A stretch of 64,000 nt of DNA from Takakia lepidozioides (taxonomy: Eukaryota; Plantae; Bryophyta): the NCBI GenBank assembly GCA_030704615.1, contig CM060732.1:13082001-13146000 (forward strand), in the 5' to 3' direction. This document shows, piece after piece, positions 1 to 13,453 of this stretch. The position numbers were made by a program, and so were the translations under genes. Each line of letters begins with the position of its first letter. The first letter of the stretch is position 1. Below the pieces are notes generated by a model. It had not been told where the DNA came from. It worked only from the letters and a program-made list of their open reading frames with translations, and did no database searches.

Positions 1-1
1 G

Positions 2-3000
2 ATTTGTAGTGTCATTCCAAAATTGCGGGCGATGGGAGGAATGGCTGGATTCAAAAGTGAGTTGCGGGGAATTGATTGGGAATCTTTGAAGCAGGTGCCT
101 GTGAAGTTCTTGCCGGAGACTTTTGATGGCGATATCCTATTCGAGCTGCCTCCTCCGCGAGTTGGAGGTGTAACAATCATGATGCATGGAATGGACAAGA
201 AACATGACGGGCACCCGTGGTGCAGAACAAAAACATCCAATATTCAGAATGATGACAAGCTTGTTTTCAGGAGGACAGTTTGCAATGGACACCTTAGGTG
301 TGATAATTTGAATTGCAGACACTTTCTTCAGTCTGGGGTTCATAATCAAAGCGAATGGGAGGGTCTGGCGGAAAATCCATTTCAGCCTGGGACTGCCCCT
401 CCACCGGCAAACACTTTCGTCTGCAAATTCTGCAAACTTGTGCCATCCTGCTTGGCGCTTTGCGGAGCAAGAATGTACTATGTTGTCCACTGTTTGAAAA
501 CAATGACAAGAGCTTGTGTGCATTTCAGATTCCATAACCATCCTGTCTCGAAGGGGGATTACAGGGAGAGTGTTGAGACAGTATCGAGGTTGATTAAACA
601 GGAGTTCGGGAGAAACCCATCCGCAACAACATCTGCAATTGCTCTTGGCGCAAGCAAGTCCTTCTTGGAAAGCCATATTTTGAATGAAGGGGATTCTGTG
701 GGGACTAAACTTGACGGTGCAGCATTGGACCTGGTCATGGATCATTTCTCCACTTTAAGTTCACCTAACATTCGGCATCAGATCAATGCATTGAGAATGG
801 GCTCTGGGATCAGAGGCTACATAGACAACATTTTGGAATTGAAACGAGTGAGCAAGTACGATTACATCCAGGACAATGTATTCCCAGGTCAAGGTGCCAT
901 CAAAGTTTTTCTTTTCAAAATGTCGACTGTTGGGGAGGGCAGTGGGGTTAGCCTCGTGAAGTGGATGCAGAAGATTGGGGACTTGCAGAACTGTTTTCTT
1001 ATGTTTGATCATGTGAAACGAGTGAAGGATTGGACGACAATGGCTTGTCATGTCTACGATCCAGTATACCAACGAGTTATGACAATTGCAGTTTGTGACA
1101 TGCAATCCGAGGATACGGAATCCCAGAAGCTCATGTGGAATTCCCTGATACGTGTCATGGGTTGCCATGGGCTGTCATCTCCAAATTTCGCAGATTTCAT
1201 GGCGGATAGTGCTCAAGCAAATTTCAATGCTGTTCGTATTGTCTTCGGATCGGGCGACCCAAAAGTGCCTATGCCAGGAAGAGAGCGTACATGTCTATTC
1301 CATTGGACACAATCTCTGGAAAAACATACAAAGTCGGACATCAAACCAGAGATGCAGACTCAGCACCGTAAATTGTGCAAAGAGTACAAAGATGCTAGAA
1401 CAATGAAGGAGGCGGACACTTTGTTCCAGACAATTCGTGCCTGGTGGTTCTCTTCTGGAGCTGCATCACTTGAGAGTATGAGAGCATTGGAAGATTGGCT
1501 GGCGTTTTGGCACTTCCGGTATAGATAGTGGGGAGCAGCCATGCCATTGGTACGAGGCTTATATTTATTGCTTTATTCATACATTTGCTTTCCATTTTAT
1601 TGTGTCCTCGCTTTCTTTATGTTGTTTTCTGTTCACTGTTTTGAAGTGTGGTTCTGCACTTTGCAGAACATGTCCATTGAGGAAATGGCGGACATGCCAT
1701 CTTGCAATTTGGCAGAAACTGTGCACAACGCATGGTTGCAGCAGTCTGGGAAACGAGGTCGGGATTTGTATGTGGCAACAACAGATGATTTGATACGTGC
1801 CTTGCAACAACAAACCCGATACTGTGATTTCTTACGAGGTGGGGTTGGTGGCAAGGGTCCGGACAAATGGGAGTTGATGTTGCGTGCTGCAAACAGATCT
1901 GGGGATCCAATCAAGATAGCACGGGCGGTGAGCATGTATGCCCAGGGAACGCCACTTGTTTCTAGAGTTCCACATCTTGAAGGGGAGGAGAGATTCGGCT
2001 CCTGTAAGAGGAAATTGAACACTCCACCTGGTTCGGATTCAAATTCCCACAGGGCAGACCGTGATAACTTCTCGAAGCCTCGTGTTCCCCTGCATGACAG
2101 CTCCATATCCGGAACCTCCATTGTGGAGGAACCTCCAACACGACGGCAAGCTCCAGCATCAAACAGTGCCACTGAAATGGTGCAGGAGAGAAACAACCCC
2201 CTTGATGTGCTTGAGTCCGCATGCCCCGACCACGTTTGGCACATAGAACGCACAAATGTAGGGTCTCGTGTGAAATGTACAGCGATCAAGGCAACTAATT
2301 TCGAGAAGTGCACTTCATCTATATCCAGAGGTGGTGCCCGAACTCCTGCTCCGACTTTCACGGGCTTGATGCGTCCATACGGTCAACCAGAAGCCAAGAA
2401 CCACAAGTTCTGGTTCTGTGCAGATGATTGTGCCAGATGTGTGCATGGAACTGTGCGTCCTTCCGTAGTGATGAAGCCATCTCCTCCAACCGTTTGGCCC
2501 GTGAAGGTGGGAACACATCTGAGCTTTCAGGAAATTGAAATGCTAGAGGAGGCAGGTTTTTCCCTTGCGAGACAACCCCAACTCCATGCATGTGCTACTA
2601 CTTCTGCGTCCTCCCGGGTCCTCCCGGCAAATCCTGACTTGTGGCCAACCAAACGAGATGGAAAGCTCGTTCGGCATTTCCCTCCAACCGCTGAACACTT
2701 TGGCAAAGTGGAGTCCGCAAGAATGCTCCAAGCTCGTGTTGGAAGCACCACGGAAGTACCCGATCCAGGATATGGTCGGGTATTCACAATCATCACTTCC
2801 ACATCTGCTGTTCATGACAGGACCTACGACATCACGGTTTCCAATTTCCCCAATTGCACATGTCTTTATTTTGTGAATATGCTATCAACCAGTTTGGGCA
2901 AGAGAGGTAAATTCATACCCTGCAAACATTTGTATTTCATATTTTTGAAGAGGATGGTTTGCGATCCCAAACGTGACAACTTCATTCACCAGGCCACTAT

Positions 3001-3052
3001 GAGTTTCAACGAGGTCGATACTCTTTTGCAGCGGGATACAACACATGGGTAG
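2..3052 (+). pseudogene. MULE/Mutator-like transposase with N-terminal GCM-like Zn domain and C-terminal SWIM finger; 2 exons (<2-1549, 1667-3052), one in-frame stop
   Basis: DDE-type motifs MFDHVK, FMADSAQA, CLFH and NLAETVH. SWIM motif CTC...CKH. N-terminal C/H pattern CNGHLRC..C...C..C...C...HNHP. GT(1550)..AG(1666) intron joins the two ORFs in frame. TAG at 1526-1528 is probably from CAG. Frame is open at the window start. Confidence 0.8.
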
Positions 3053-3479
3053 CATCAACTATGCAATATGGTATGTGGACGACCATGATTTGAAATGTGT
3101 AATTCACATCAATTCGTCGGCGGTGCAATGATATGGCCTCCAACTATACGGAGTGAGCTCTGAGTGACAACTTTTAGGTAGTGCACATTTGTCATTGCAC
3201 CGTTCGAAGTCTACATGTCTTGCTGTCGCTATGCACTACAATCATCTTTTGAAGATGATCCTAACTCTCATTGTTATTTGAGGAGGGAGGAAGGTCTTCC
3301 CGTGGCAGCCTTTATGGCGCACACTTCGTCCTCGTAATTGTAAAAGTGAAACAAGCATTTGTAATTGCACAATGTTGGATGCTGCAATTATAGGCCTCAA
3401 CGCTCGTATTGATTCTATTTAGGCAAGATTTCCTGCATTAATTCCACGGTCATAGGACCATCCACGGTTATAGGCGGCG

Positions 3480-3765
3480 CATGTTAATGCTGACGTGGCA
3501 GACGACGGACAGTGCCACGTCATCATTTACCGCCACATCAGCATGCTGACATGACGCTCACGCCACGTCAGCGTGTGTGCAGGCTCACGCCACGTCAGCT
3601 AGCGTGAGCGTACGCTCGGGCGCTCACGTGCAATGCTCACGCCATTGCATCATTGAAGGAGGTGCAAGGAGGACGAGCCCGATCGTTGACAGAGAGAGCA
3701 AAAAACGGCTAAGTCCGTACTCTCCTCACCGCAACTTGCGGAACGATCTACATCGCGCCCTTCCC
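3480..3765 (+). repeat. GC-rich putative terminal/subterminal region of the MULE element, with repeated TGACGTGGC motifs in both orientations
   Basis: Four TGACGTGGC/GCCACGTCA copies plus variants in 3490-3600. Sharp switch to AT-rich DNA after about 3765. Confidence 0.5.
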
Positions 3766-3790
3766 TGAATCTCTTTTCTCTACTCTTTTT

Positions 3791-4121
3791 ATCTTTTTCT
3801 ATGCTTCATCAAAGCGTTTTAGTAATGACAATCTCCATGTTCTTGAATAGTTATATGTTTTGTGATAGTTTTATTTATATTCAATGGAGTTATTATCATT
3901 ATTAATTTAAATTTAAAACTCTTCCACTGTAAATAATTTTATTAAGGAAAAACATTATTTTTAGTTTCATCTTTCTTATACTGCCATCATTATTAATTAT
4001 AGTTTTTGTTTAATTAATATTTATTAAAAACATTAATGAGTAAAATTCAATAGAATTAAAATATATGACCTATATTACATAATATTGGATCACTATTTTA
4101 TTTTAAGCCGAGCTGCCGACG

Positions 4122-4153
<32 letters not shown>

Positions 4154-4918
4154 TGCCACAATTATATTAGATTATAGTATTTATCAATATTAATATTACT
4201 TATTACTTATTGAAAAGTATTCATCTCAATTGGATTAAAACATGAGACATAAACTATTTGGGTGGTTATTTTCTGTATATATAAATGTTAACCGATATAG
4301 GCATATATATGACCGTTGATGTCGGTTAATAATTGTGAAAAAATTTATGTACCCAAGGGTTTTATAGTTTGCCCATTCTTGAATGGTTCATTGGCCGGTT
4401 TATCATCAAACATTGTATTGAACGATTGTTTTGACCACCATTTGTGACGGATCTTTCTGACAGATCTTTTTCTATGCTTCATCAAAGCGTTTCAGTAATG
4501 ACAGTCTCCATGTTCTTGAATAGTTATATGTTTTGTGATAGTTTTATTTATATCCAATGGAGTTAATCTCATTATTAATTTAAATTAAAACTCTTCCACT
4601 GTAAATAAATATATTAAAGAAAAATAATATTTTAGTTTCATCTTTCTTATACTGCCATCATTATTAATTATAGCGTTCATTTAATTACTATTTATTAAAT
4701 ACGTTAATTAAAATTTAAAATATACGATATTGGATCATTATTTTATTTTAAGCTGACAATATATATAGTGCCACAATTATATTATACTATAATATTCATT
4801 AATATTAATATTCGTTATTACTTATTGAAAAGTATTCATGAATAAAGTTCAATTGGATTAAAACATGAGACATAAACACATTATATTGGGTGGTTATTTT
4901 GTGTATATATAAATATTA

Positions 4919-4961
<43 letters not shown>

Positions 4962-5087
4962 TTTCGGTTAATAATTGTGAAATTCTTTATGTAACTAAGG
5001 GTTTTGTTTGCCCATTCTTTGAATGGTTCATTGCCCGGTTGATCATCAAACAATGTATGGAACGATTGTTTTGATCACCATTTGTGA
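3791..5087 (+). repeat. Tandem duplication of an AT-rich ~650 bp unit (3791-4447 and 4464-5087), containing (TA)n tracts
   Basis: Both units start ATCTTTTT(T)CTATGCTTCATCAAAGCG and end GAACGATTGTTTTGAYCACCATTTGTGA. Confidence 0.9.
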
Positions 5088-6297
5088 AATGAGTATGTAA
5101 CAAAATTTTGATTCCGGAATAGGTAAGTAAGACTTAAATGAAGTCGAAGAATGGCTTTACAATAATATACAAACATAAACATAAATTGTGGTATGATGTG
5201 TTTACATATTACATCCTAGATTTTAAGATTATTATGTATAACTCAGGGTCAAACAAAAAATAAATTATAGCGTTACCTCATCTTGAAGGACTATCACTTT
5301 CAGGCTTCTGTTTATGAAGTGAATACCTTCTAATGGCTCTAGCCGAGGCAACGTGGTTGTCCAACCCGCCCCCAAGGTTTTGAATGTCCCCCGTACCACA
5401 CATTAGATGACTAATTGAAGCATCCAATAATGTCACCATTTTTATGGTTGGTTTGGTTATAATGCGTGATATCCATCTATATGACTTTATACCCACAACT
5501 GTTTGAGATTCTCATACACTAACTATTTGTCATCTTTTGAATATATATATATATATAGTTGGTCTCAATATATAGTTAATTATATTTTGATTGTATAAAA
5601 ATATCACTTATTTTTATTAATTAATACTTAAAACCATTTATATGAATATATCACAATATGTACTAATTTATGAATCATGATATTAATTCATTCACATCCA
5701 TTTATTATGAATAAATAAATTTATGTCTCAATGGCAAAACTACCCTTCTTCTGTATATGTCCATGGGGACTATGTCACAATATACTATTGATTATACGAC
5801 TCTCTATCTCTACTAATTCCCAAGCTATGTCAACCAATGTCGTAGATGTCACCATACACTACATAGAATTACATATTTTCATGATCGATACCTAAAATAG
5901 ACCCTACTAATATATGAGAAATTTACGCTAAGTTAATTTTTTTCCTCAGACATTAATGTGATTGGCATGTAGGACCTCAGTACATAGAGACATCTATATT
6001 GATTTGATTCATTCCGAAATAACCTAAATTCTGCCACACCACACACCTATCATATATTTCAAATATATACAGTTGTTGACCACCATCCAAGTTTCCAACC
6101 ATTATCACCACCAAGCGCATATTTACAAATATCAAAGTCTCCCACTAGTAGACACTAAAATCCAATTCACATTACTCACCCCCCCAAAAAGAAAAGAAAA
6201 AGAAAAAATAAACAATTTGGTTTTTTGTTAATATACATAGGATCACAAATTTGAATATCCTATCGTTGATGATACAATTAAATTATCTAGCAACGTA

Positions 6298-7773
6298 TTA
6301 AACTACACCAGTTGTATGAAGGATCTCATAGAGAGATACACAAATCTCTCCTGTAATGAGTAAAATGATGATCCACTCTAATGTATCCGATTTCCTATTT
6401 TGCAATATCTCCAAAACAAATCGTACATTATGTTGTATGATATTAAGCTCAAAATCAAGACTCTCAAATCGTTCATCAAGCTCAAACTCATCACGAAGAT
6501 ACTCCCAAATTTGAGCATAATTTGCGTCCTTCCATGTTGCATCCGATTTCTCAAGAAGACCTAAACGTAAGATGACATCTGCGAGAGTAGTGTTGGCAGA
6601 TGCAACTAACTGGAATAGTTTTTTTCGTGTCATAGTAAATGTGCCTGTTTTTTCCATTCCTATATTCAACTCGCTAAATGTATTCACCATTTCATCCACC
6701 TTTTTAGCAAAATGATCAAGGGCAATGCTTTGACCAATGATGCTTGAAATAACACGAATGTTATTTACATTTAGTGTACGCAACATAATGTAGTCTTGTC
6801 CACCTTCACTCCACTCCACTAGAGTAGGCCTCACAAGTACTCCATATAAATCATCTTTTTTTGTTTCTCGAAGCTTGTCGGTGCAAAATCGTCGTACAAT
6901 ACATAAAACTTCTTCCTCTTCACCAATCCCAAAATTGAAAAGAACAATTGATCCATATTGGAATGCTACCATGTATCGTTCATGCCAATGACTTATTTCA
7001 ACTAGCCCAAGTCTATTTGATGTAGGTGGTGCTCCCACTGGACGATCAGCAAATCGAATGGTTAAATTATTGCGTGAACTTGTAATGTCTAAAAAAGGTT
7101 CGTTCGCTAGTCTTTTCAAATCTACACTTCTTGAAATGTAGAAGGCTTTAATGGGAATATACAAATCAGTTGGCTCAATATTATGAGGAGATATAATTAT
7201 ATTTCTCCGTTGAGCAGACTGTCGAATGCGGACATGTTGTTGATTCCAATCTACTGGATAGGCCCCATCCCCTTTCATAAGTAGCCAATCTATCTGAGCA
7301 AAAATATTCATTACATAACTTTTAGCATCCATGTTATTGTTTTGATCAAAACCTAATTTGTAGCCAAAAAAATTATTTCTAATATAGTTTTGAGTTGTAA
7401 AAGTCAACATGGAGGACAAATGAATAATGCAATAGCTATTCTTAACCTGAAGCTTATGTATTAATGAACTCCAATTACAAAATATGCTTGGATGTTGAAG
7501 TTGAAAATTTTTAACAACCATTTTATCAAGAATTATTTTCTCTTGCAAGAAATTTGCTAACTGTATTTGTTTTGTATCTATGTTTAAATTATAAGATAAT
7601 TGTGTATTATCAAACGATAGTAACAAAATTGTAGTGATTTTATGCATGATGTCAGACTTCAAAATAGAAAAGTGGAAAGTTGAATGGACTCCTCTTAGTA
7701 AATGCCATTGCCTCTTCACTATATTTAATGCTCTCATTATGTTCTTATTGAAATACTTTGGATCATTATGCAT
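6298..7773 (-). CDS. DUF155 / RMND1-Sif2-Sif3 family protein (plant RRG/RRL-like), intronless, probable retrocopy
   Basis: Motifs PIKAFYISRSVDL, YMVAFQYGSIVLFNF, SIALDHF, AQIWEYLRDEFELDERF, and QNRKSDTLEWIIILL followed by a C-terminal hydrophobic helix. True start codon uncertain. Confidence 0.8.
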   Translation of the reverse strand: MHNDPKYFNKNIMRALNIVKRQWHLLRGVHSTFHFSILKSDIMHKITTILLLSFDNTQLSYNLNIDTKQIQLANFLQEKIILDKMVVKNFQLQHPSIFCNWSSLIHKLQVKNSYCIIHLSSMLTFTTQNYIRNNFFGYKLGFDQNNNMDAKSYVMNIFAQIDWLLMKGDGAYPVDWNQQHVRIRQSAQRRNIIISPHNIEPTDLYIPIKAFYISRSVDLKRLANEPFLDITSSRNNLTIRFADRPVGAPPTSNRLGLVEISHWHERYMVAFQYGSIVLFNFGIGEEEEVLCIVRRFCTDKLRETKKDDLYGVLVRPTLVEWSEGGQDYIMLRTLNVNNIRVISSIIGQSIALDHFAKKVDEMVNTFSELNIGMEKTGTFTMTRKKLFQLVASANTTLADVILRLGLLEKSDATWKDANYAQIWEYLRDEFELDERFESLDFELNIIQHNVRFVLEILQNRKSDTLEWIIILLITGEICVSLYEILHTTGVV

Positions 7774-8818
7774 GCTATAACATAATTTCTAGATGCAGTA
7801 TACCGTACTTGATTATTACATATATAATTCTACAACAATGACTTCAATTGAAATAAAACTGAATGCATAGAATGATAGGTTAATGTTTATTATTATTATT
7901 ATTATTATTTTAAGCAACAGGGGACAGTTCCTGTTAATGTTTTCCTATTAGATATCTGAATTATGTAATGTTATGAATGGAAGACGTCGGAAATTGAGAT
8001 ATATAGCTAGAATAATCCAAATAGATATTTAAAATTTTAGAATAAGTAACAACTGGAAGTTAATTTAAATTAATGTATTCTAAGAGATACAAGAAATAGA
8101 AATGAAAGATCTGAAGTGAAACTTGAGAATTTGAATATATAGATGAAATAACAAATACTTATAAATATGGATTTGTATGTTTTTGGTAAATGAAATTTAC
8201 AGCCAAAAAGACTAAATTCACTTTATAATAATAACACGTCAATGTTATGGGTGTAATTCTAATGCTATAAATAAACCTAAGGATATAAATATCTTAGAAA
8301 AATTCCTTTTTTTTCTTTTTTTTAAGAACAGGGGGATTAGGCCCTGGTTAACTTTATTGTAATGTATTTGTGGGACAAAGCCCTTACATATTATTTGGGA
8401 TTATTCGGGGGAAAAAAATTAAAACCCCTTAGACGCCATAAGTCAACACACTGTAATCAGTGAAAAGAGAACTGTGTGGGAATTTATCATTGTCTTTTGA
8501 GATAAACAAGAATATGGCCTCTGGAGTATAAAATATGATTATATGCTAAATTGTGTACATGATTGAATAAAATAAAGATAAAATATCTAATAAAAATAAA
8601 AAATGATCTTGAACCAATTGTATAAATATGGATATGAAACTAAATAGCTAGATGGATCAAATAATATACATTAAAATAATTTATTTAAGTAATTTTAAGC
8701 TCTTAAAGTGATGATAATATCGGAAGTTCTTTGAACGCAAACTAGTGACAGCCAAATCAAAGAGACCACTTCATGAAAATAGTGTATAGTCTAGCTTTAT
8801 TTTGGTGAAAGCCATGAA

Positions 8819-9632
8819 TCCTTAAAGGACGACGCGACCGGAACCGGGTAGCGTCGTTTTTGTAGATCTTATCTCGTGGATGGGCCCAAAGCAAAGTTGT
8901 CCCTTACATTCTCACCTATTGAATGCACTAAATGCATTTGGATTAGTACATCGCCGCCAAAGATTTTTGACATGTGTAAAAAATGCAAATTTTGTGTGGT
9001 TTGCAAGTTTTGAGCGTGTTGACTAGTGACGTGGACCAATGAGTGCCTAGGGCCACGACATATGGATAATCCACTTTATGCTATATCCCTTGAGCCAAAC
9101 TTGGAAATTTCAACTGTGAATTGGTGCATTCTCTTTGAATTCCTACCAGGCATCTACTCACCGTTGAAATTTATTTTTCATGCAAAATGTCTCATGCAAG
9201 TTGTATCCAAGCAAAAGCTTGTTCCTTTTACCCACATGTACCCCTAATCAGTTACATACAAAGAGGCACTAATGAAAACAGGACATTAGATGCTGAAATT
9301 TGGACACAATGTCTACCACTTGGTGGGCAGCAATTGATCAAAAATTGGAGGGAACCCAAAAGTGGAAGATGGAGAAAATTGGTGGTCAAACCAAGTTTTC
9401 CATGAAATTTTGTATAAGCCTACAAATTGGGTGTCACTCTCACATTATAATCTGCTCATTCCAACGGTGAAATGACCTAAGAATTTCTTATCACCTCTAT
9501 ATGATGTAGTTACTGACAACATTGTACAATTCATCCACATGGATGAACTTTGACAACAACATACATCTGCTCGAGTTAGGCCATGTCCAGGTTTTTCTAA
9601 AACATCGCAAAAAAACTCTCGTCCTTTAGAGG
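8819..9632. mobile_element. Non-autonomous piggyBac-type MITE (decayed ends), homologous to 46822-47521
   Basis: Ends TCCTTAAAGGACGA / TCGTCCTTTAGAGG with TGAA/TTAT flanks (decayed TTAA). Colinear with the 46.8 kb copy. Confidence 0.75.
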
Positions 9633-9647
9633 TTATGAACCTATTAA

Positions 9648-12600
9648 CCCCTAAGCGACAAAGCGACCTGAATCGGGTCGCTTTGTCGCTGCGTCACACT
9701 TTCATCCAGGTGTAGCTTCGCCGTGTGAACTCAGATGAAGGGCCACCCTAAATGAAAAATGTAGGCCACAGTGTTCTCTACACGCATGACTTGATTGCGC
9801 CGGGAAAAAGTTATTTTTGTGCCGTCAGCAATTTTTGCCAGCATGGGGGGTCTGCACTTTTGGGTGGATTGGAGGCGGCCACGCAGGTTGACTGACGATG
9901 TGGCAGGCGCCTATGGAAAATCCGGTGGGGGTTTGTGGCAGGGGGCCACGTGGGGGTGATGAGGCACGGGTGCATGTTCACCCTTGCATGATGGCACCGC
10001 CCGGCCCTGTGTACAGGGTGGCGGCCCGGATATGTTTTTCGCGCGCTTACATCAAACTCCAGCTTCTCCCTCCTGCTCCTCCCGCCACCTTCGTTGATTC
10101 GTCTTCTGTCGTGTTTTAGGAGTGTGTGATGGCCATGTTTCCTGCATTAGAAGGCGTTGGCACTTTGGATTGTCTTCATACCCAACCCATGATTGTGCAG
10201 GGTGCAGGCGGGTGCCGTCAGAGCTGAGAAATGAAATATTCCTTGGAGAGCCGCGCTGCGATTCGCAGCATTCCTCATTTACTTTGTCCCCTCTGCTTCC
10301 TGCTTCTATCTGTTTTGGGATGTGCATAGCCATCGTCATTCACTAACCATACTACCCTGGCTTTACTGTGTAGTTTGTCATTTACATCTTGGCGGTCGTC
10401 TTCATTCCCAAGTTGGGTTGCGCTCTTCATTTGCATTAGTTCATAGTGCGTTTGGATCTCTAGGGTTTGGGCGCAAATGCAAATGGGGTTCCAAGCGTAA
10501 GGTGTGTGAGCCTTTGGAGCCACCAACACCTCCGCTGATATATAAGAAGGCAGTGGAAATACTCACACACTGGGCTTTGGTGGACAGCATGCCACTGAGG
10601 GGCAATTGAGAGAGATTTTAGGCTTGCTTTATGTTGAGTACTTGGTAAGTTTGCCGTTTCTTCCTCGCGCGCACTGTTGGCCGAAGCACCCTCGTGCTTT
10701 CAACTACCGCATTTTGTTTAGAAAGGCATGTCAATTTGATTTTGGGTTGGGGTAGTTGCAGGATTGGGTTGATCAAAAGCGGCATATGTTGAGTCCATTG
10801 GAAGTCCATGGAATTTTATTTTTTTTGAATCTATTGCTTTCAGTTTATTTAAAAAAAATAGATAGTGGTATATATAACATTTTTAGTAAAGAGTCCCTCC
10901 TCAAAGATTGAAAATATTTTTTATTGGATATTTTAATCTATAATTTGAAAAAACGTTTAGACATCAAAATCTAGAATTTACAACTATTTGTCCATATACC
11001 ACCTAGCACCTCTAGATTATAGGTTTGTATGCATTTTTAGTAAAAGAAGACATCTCAAAAACCCAAAACATAAGATGCTATGGACTAGAGCAAATCAACC
11101 TGTTTTTAGGTGCAAAATAGTCCATAGCTCTCAATTCCTAAGATAATTAGTCCACATAAAAGTGGATTTGGGTTGGATTTAAAAATGGCATCTCTAATGT
11201 GTTTTCCTTTGTGTCATTGTTGAGTGTACATGATGTTTTTTCAGTCCATAAGATTTTATGTGTAACATCTGCAGTCCACAGTAATCAACTTTAAAAGTCC
11301 ATGGCTCTCTGGTATATGATTGTTTTTGCAATCTAACAATTGGTACACATACCTATTGTAGTTAGAAACCCTACACCATATAAATTTAGATGAAATATTG
11401 AGTTGTTGAACAAATATGGGTAAGACCATGTATGGAGGTCACTGCAGAAACTGCCATGTTACGCAAAAACTGAGACACCCAATCCTGCAAATACCCAAGG
11501 AAAGAGATGAGGGAGGAAGGTGACAAACAAGGCTTTAGTGAGGCAGTGAACGAAGTGCTAAGGGAAGATGTCTGGCCAGATGAGGACAGTCAAGTAGTTT
11601 AGGGATTTGGCGAGGGAGAAATGATCAAGACCACAGGGCAATCAGAACTCGCCTCCTCATCGACCACCTGTAAGGAGAAGAATCTTGTGAATTGGGGGCC
11701 AATGTGGTAGCTACCGCACACTGTCGTGCCAGTCTCGACACTTGTGTTGCTACCACTAACCCCTGCAGGTCTCCTTTGAGTGATGTTACTTTGAATTTTG
11801 TGGGCTCTGTCGTGGGCCCTGTGGGTGCAAGTGCTTTAGATCTTGGGAATTATGTACCTAGGAATGTCGAGATGGTTGCAATTCTTGATGGATATGAGGG
11901 CGATTCATGTGAGGAAGAGGACTGGGAAAATGATGGTGACTGTGAGGAGGCGAAAGATGTTCCAAATGCATCTTTTGCCAAGTTCAACATTTGCTCCTGG
12001 AAAATGGAACTCTACAGAAACTACTTTATGTAGTGATAGAGAGTGCTTTGGTGGGCCTGCGCCTTGGCCTTGTTGGGCAACATGACAGAGACGTCTCTTG
12101 TTATGCGTTTTTTTTTCGAGTTGTTTTGGTCGAGTGCAATTCTTGATCGAATTTGCCGAGAGATGAATCTGTATGCTGCCGAACTGTAGCATCTGGAACA
12201 CGAGGTGGGCCAATGTGGAGGCCATTGATTGTGGCAGAGTTGGAGGCTTGGATTGGCATATGTTTGTTCATGGGGATGAGGCTGCCCAACAGCCACTGCT
12301 ACTGGCAGCAAAGTGAGGTATTTTTTGCATGCCCTATCATTAGAAAGGTTATGACCAGGGATCGTATTCTAAGGTGCTTGCATTTGGTGGACAACTCAAC
12401 CTTGGTGTCTGATCGTACTAGCGGCTGCATTCGACAAGATTGGCAAGGTGAGGTGGGCTTGTGAAGATATTGCAAGTGCCTGCAAACGTCATTGACATTT
12501 GAACAAGTTGTTGACTGTGGATGAAATCAAGATAAGATATAAAGGGAAATATTGTGTCATACGCCAATATATGCCCAAAAAGCCAGTGAAGTGGGGCATA

Positions 12601-13453
12601 AAAGTCTGGGCCCTTGCAGATGCAGTCAGTAGCTATGTGTACGAAATTGATGTCTACTGTGGCAAGAACGGTGGCCCCCAGGGCATGAGGGAGAAGTCTG
12701 GCAAAGGTGAAGGATATGATGTTGTCACTTGTCTAGTCTCTGGATTGCATGGGCTCGGGCATGTGTTGGTAACTGATAACTACTTCACCTCACCAGAGTT
12801 GTTATACGATATGGCTTTGCTCGGGACATGGGCCATTGGTACTGTCATGCTGAATAGAAAGGGGTTGCTCCCCTCATTGACTTGCTTGAAGAAATGCAAG
12901 ACAACCAAGCAAGGAGATACTTGGTGGCGAATGCATGCTAGTCGGCAGGTCGCTGCTTGCCTGTGGTGGGATAAAAAAAGGTGTGTTCATGGTCTCATCG
13001 GCATCTCGGCCAGCAGCAGGTCCAAATTCACCTGTGACTGTCCGAAAACTCGTGGGAAATGCCAGGGTACAGGTGCCTTCTATTCCCATGCATGTACAGT
13101 ATCAGACTTACATGCGGGGTGTTGATGTCCAGGACTAGTTGCGAGGTGCATACAACATGCACACAAATGGTGGCATAGAGTGTTCTTTTTTCTTTTGGAC
13201 ACCACCATAGTCAATTCCTATATTTTGCATGTCTCCCACATGAGACGTATGGGGTTGCGAGCAATGACCCATCTTGAGTTCTCCCTGGCCTTGGCACATG
13301 CTCTCACGTCACACCCTGGAGTTGTTGTGCACCCGAACAGGGCCACTATGTTGTCATGCTCAACTTCGAGATGGCATTCGTCTTTGCACAGTCTGCTTCG
13401 TCGTGTGTGCACACAATGCAACATGCGGACTCACTACTTTTGTCCCCAGTGCA
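9648..13453 (+). mobile_element. piggyBac element (left end plus decayed transposase at ~11700-13453), right end missing
   Basis: TTAA (9644-9647) followed by CCCCTAAG. Transposase motifs LTVDE, RQYMPKKPVKWGIKVW, VTDNYFTS, MRGVDVQD, and C-terminal RRVC..C...THYFCPQC. Several frameshifts and stops. Confidence 0.85.

Noticed and set aside
137-2361. Long antisense ORFs over the MULE gene, and similar shadows over other coding regions
   Set aside because: Shadow frames of real coding sequence with no independent motifs.
5278-5496. 72 aa ORF with AG/GT-like borders
   Set aside because: No recognisable motif and no partner exons.
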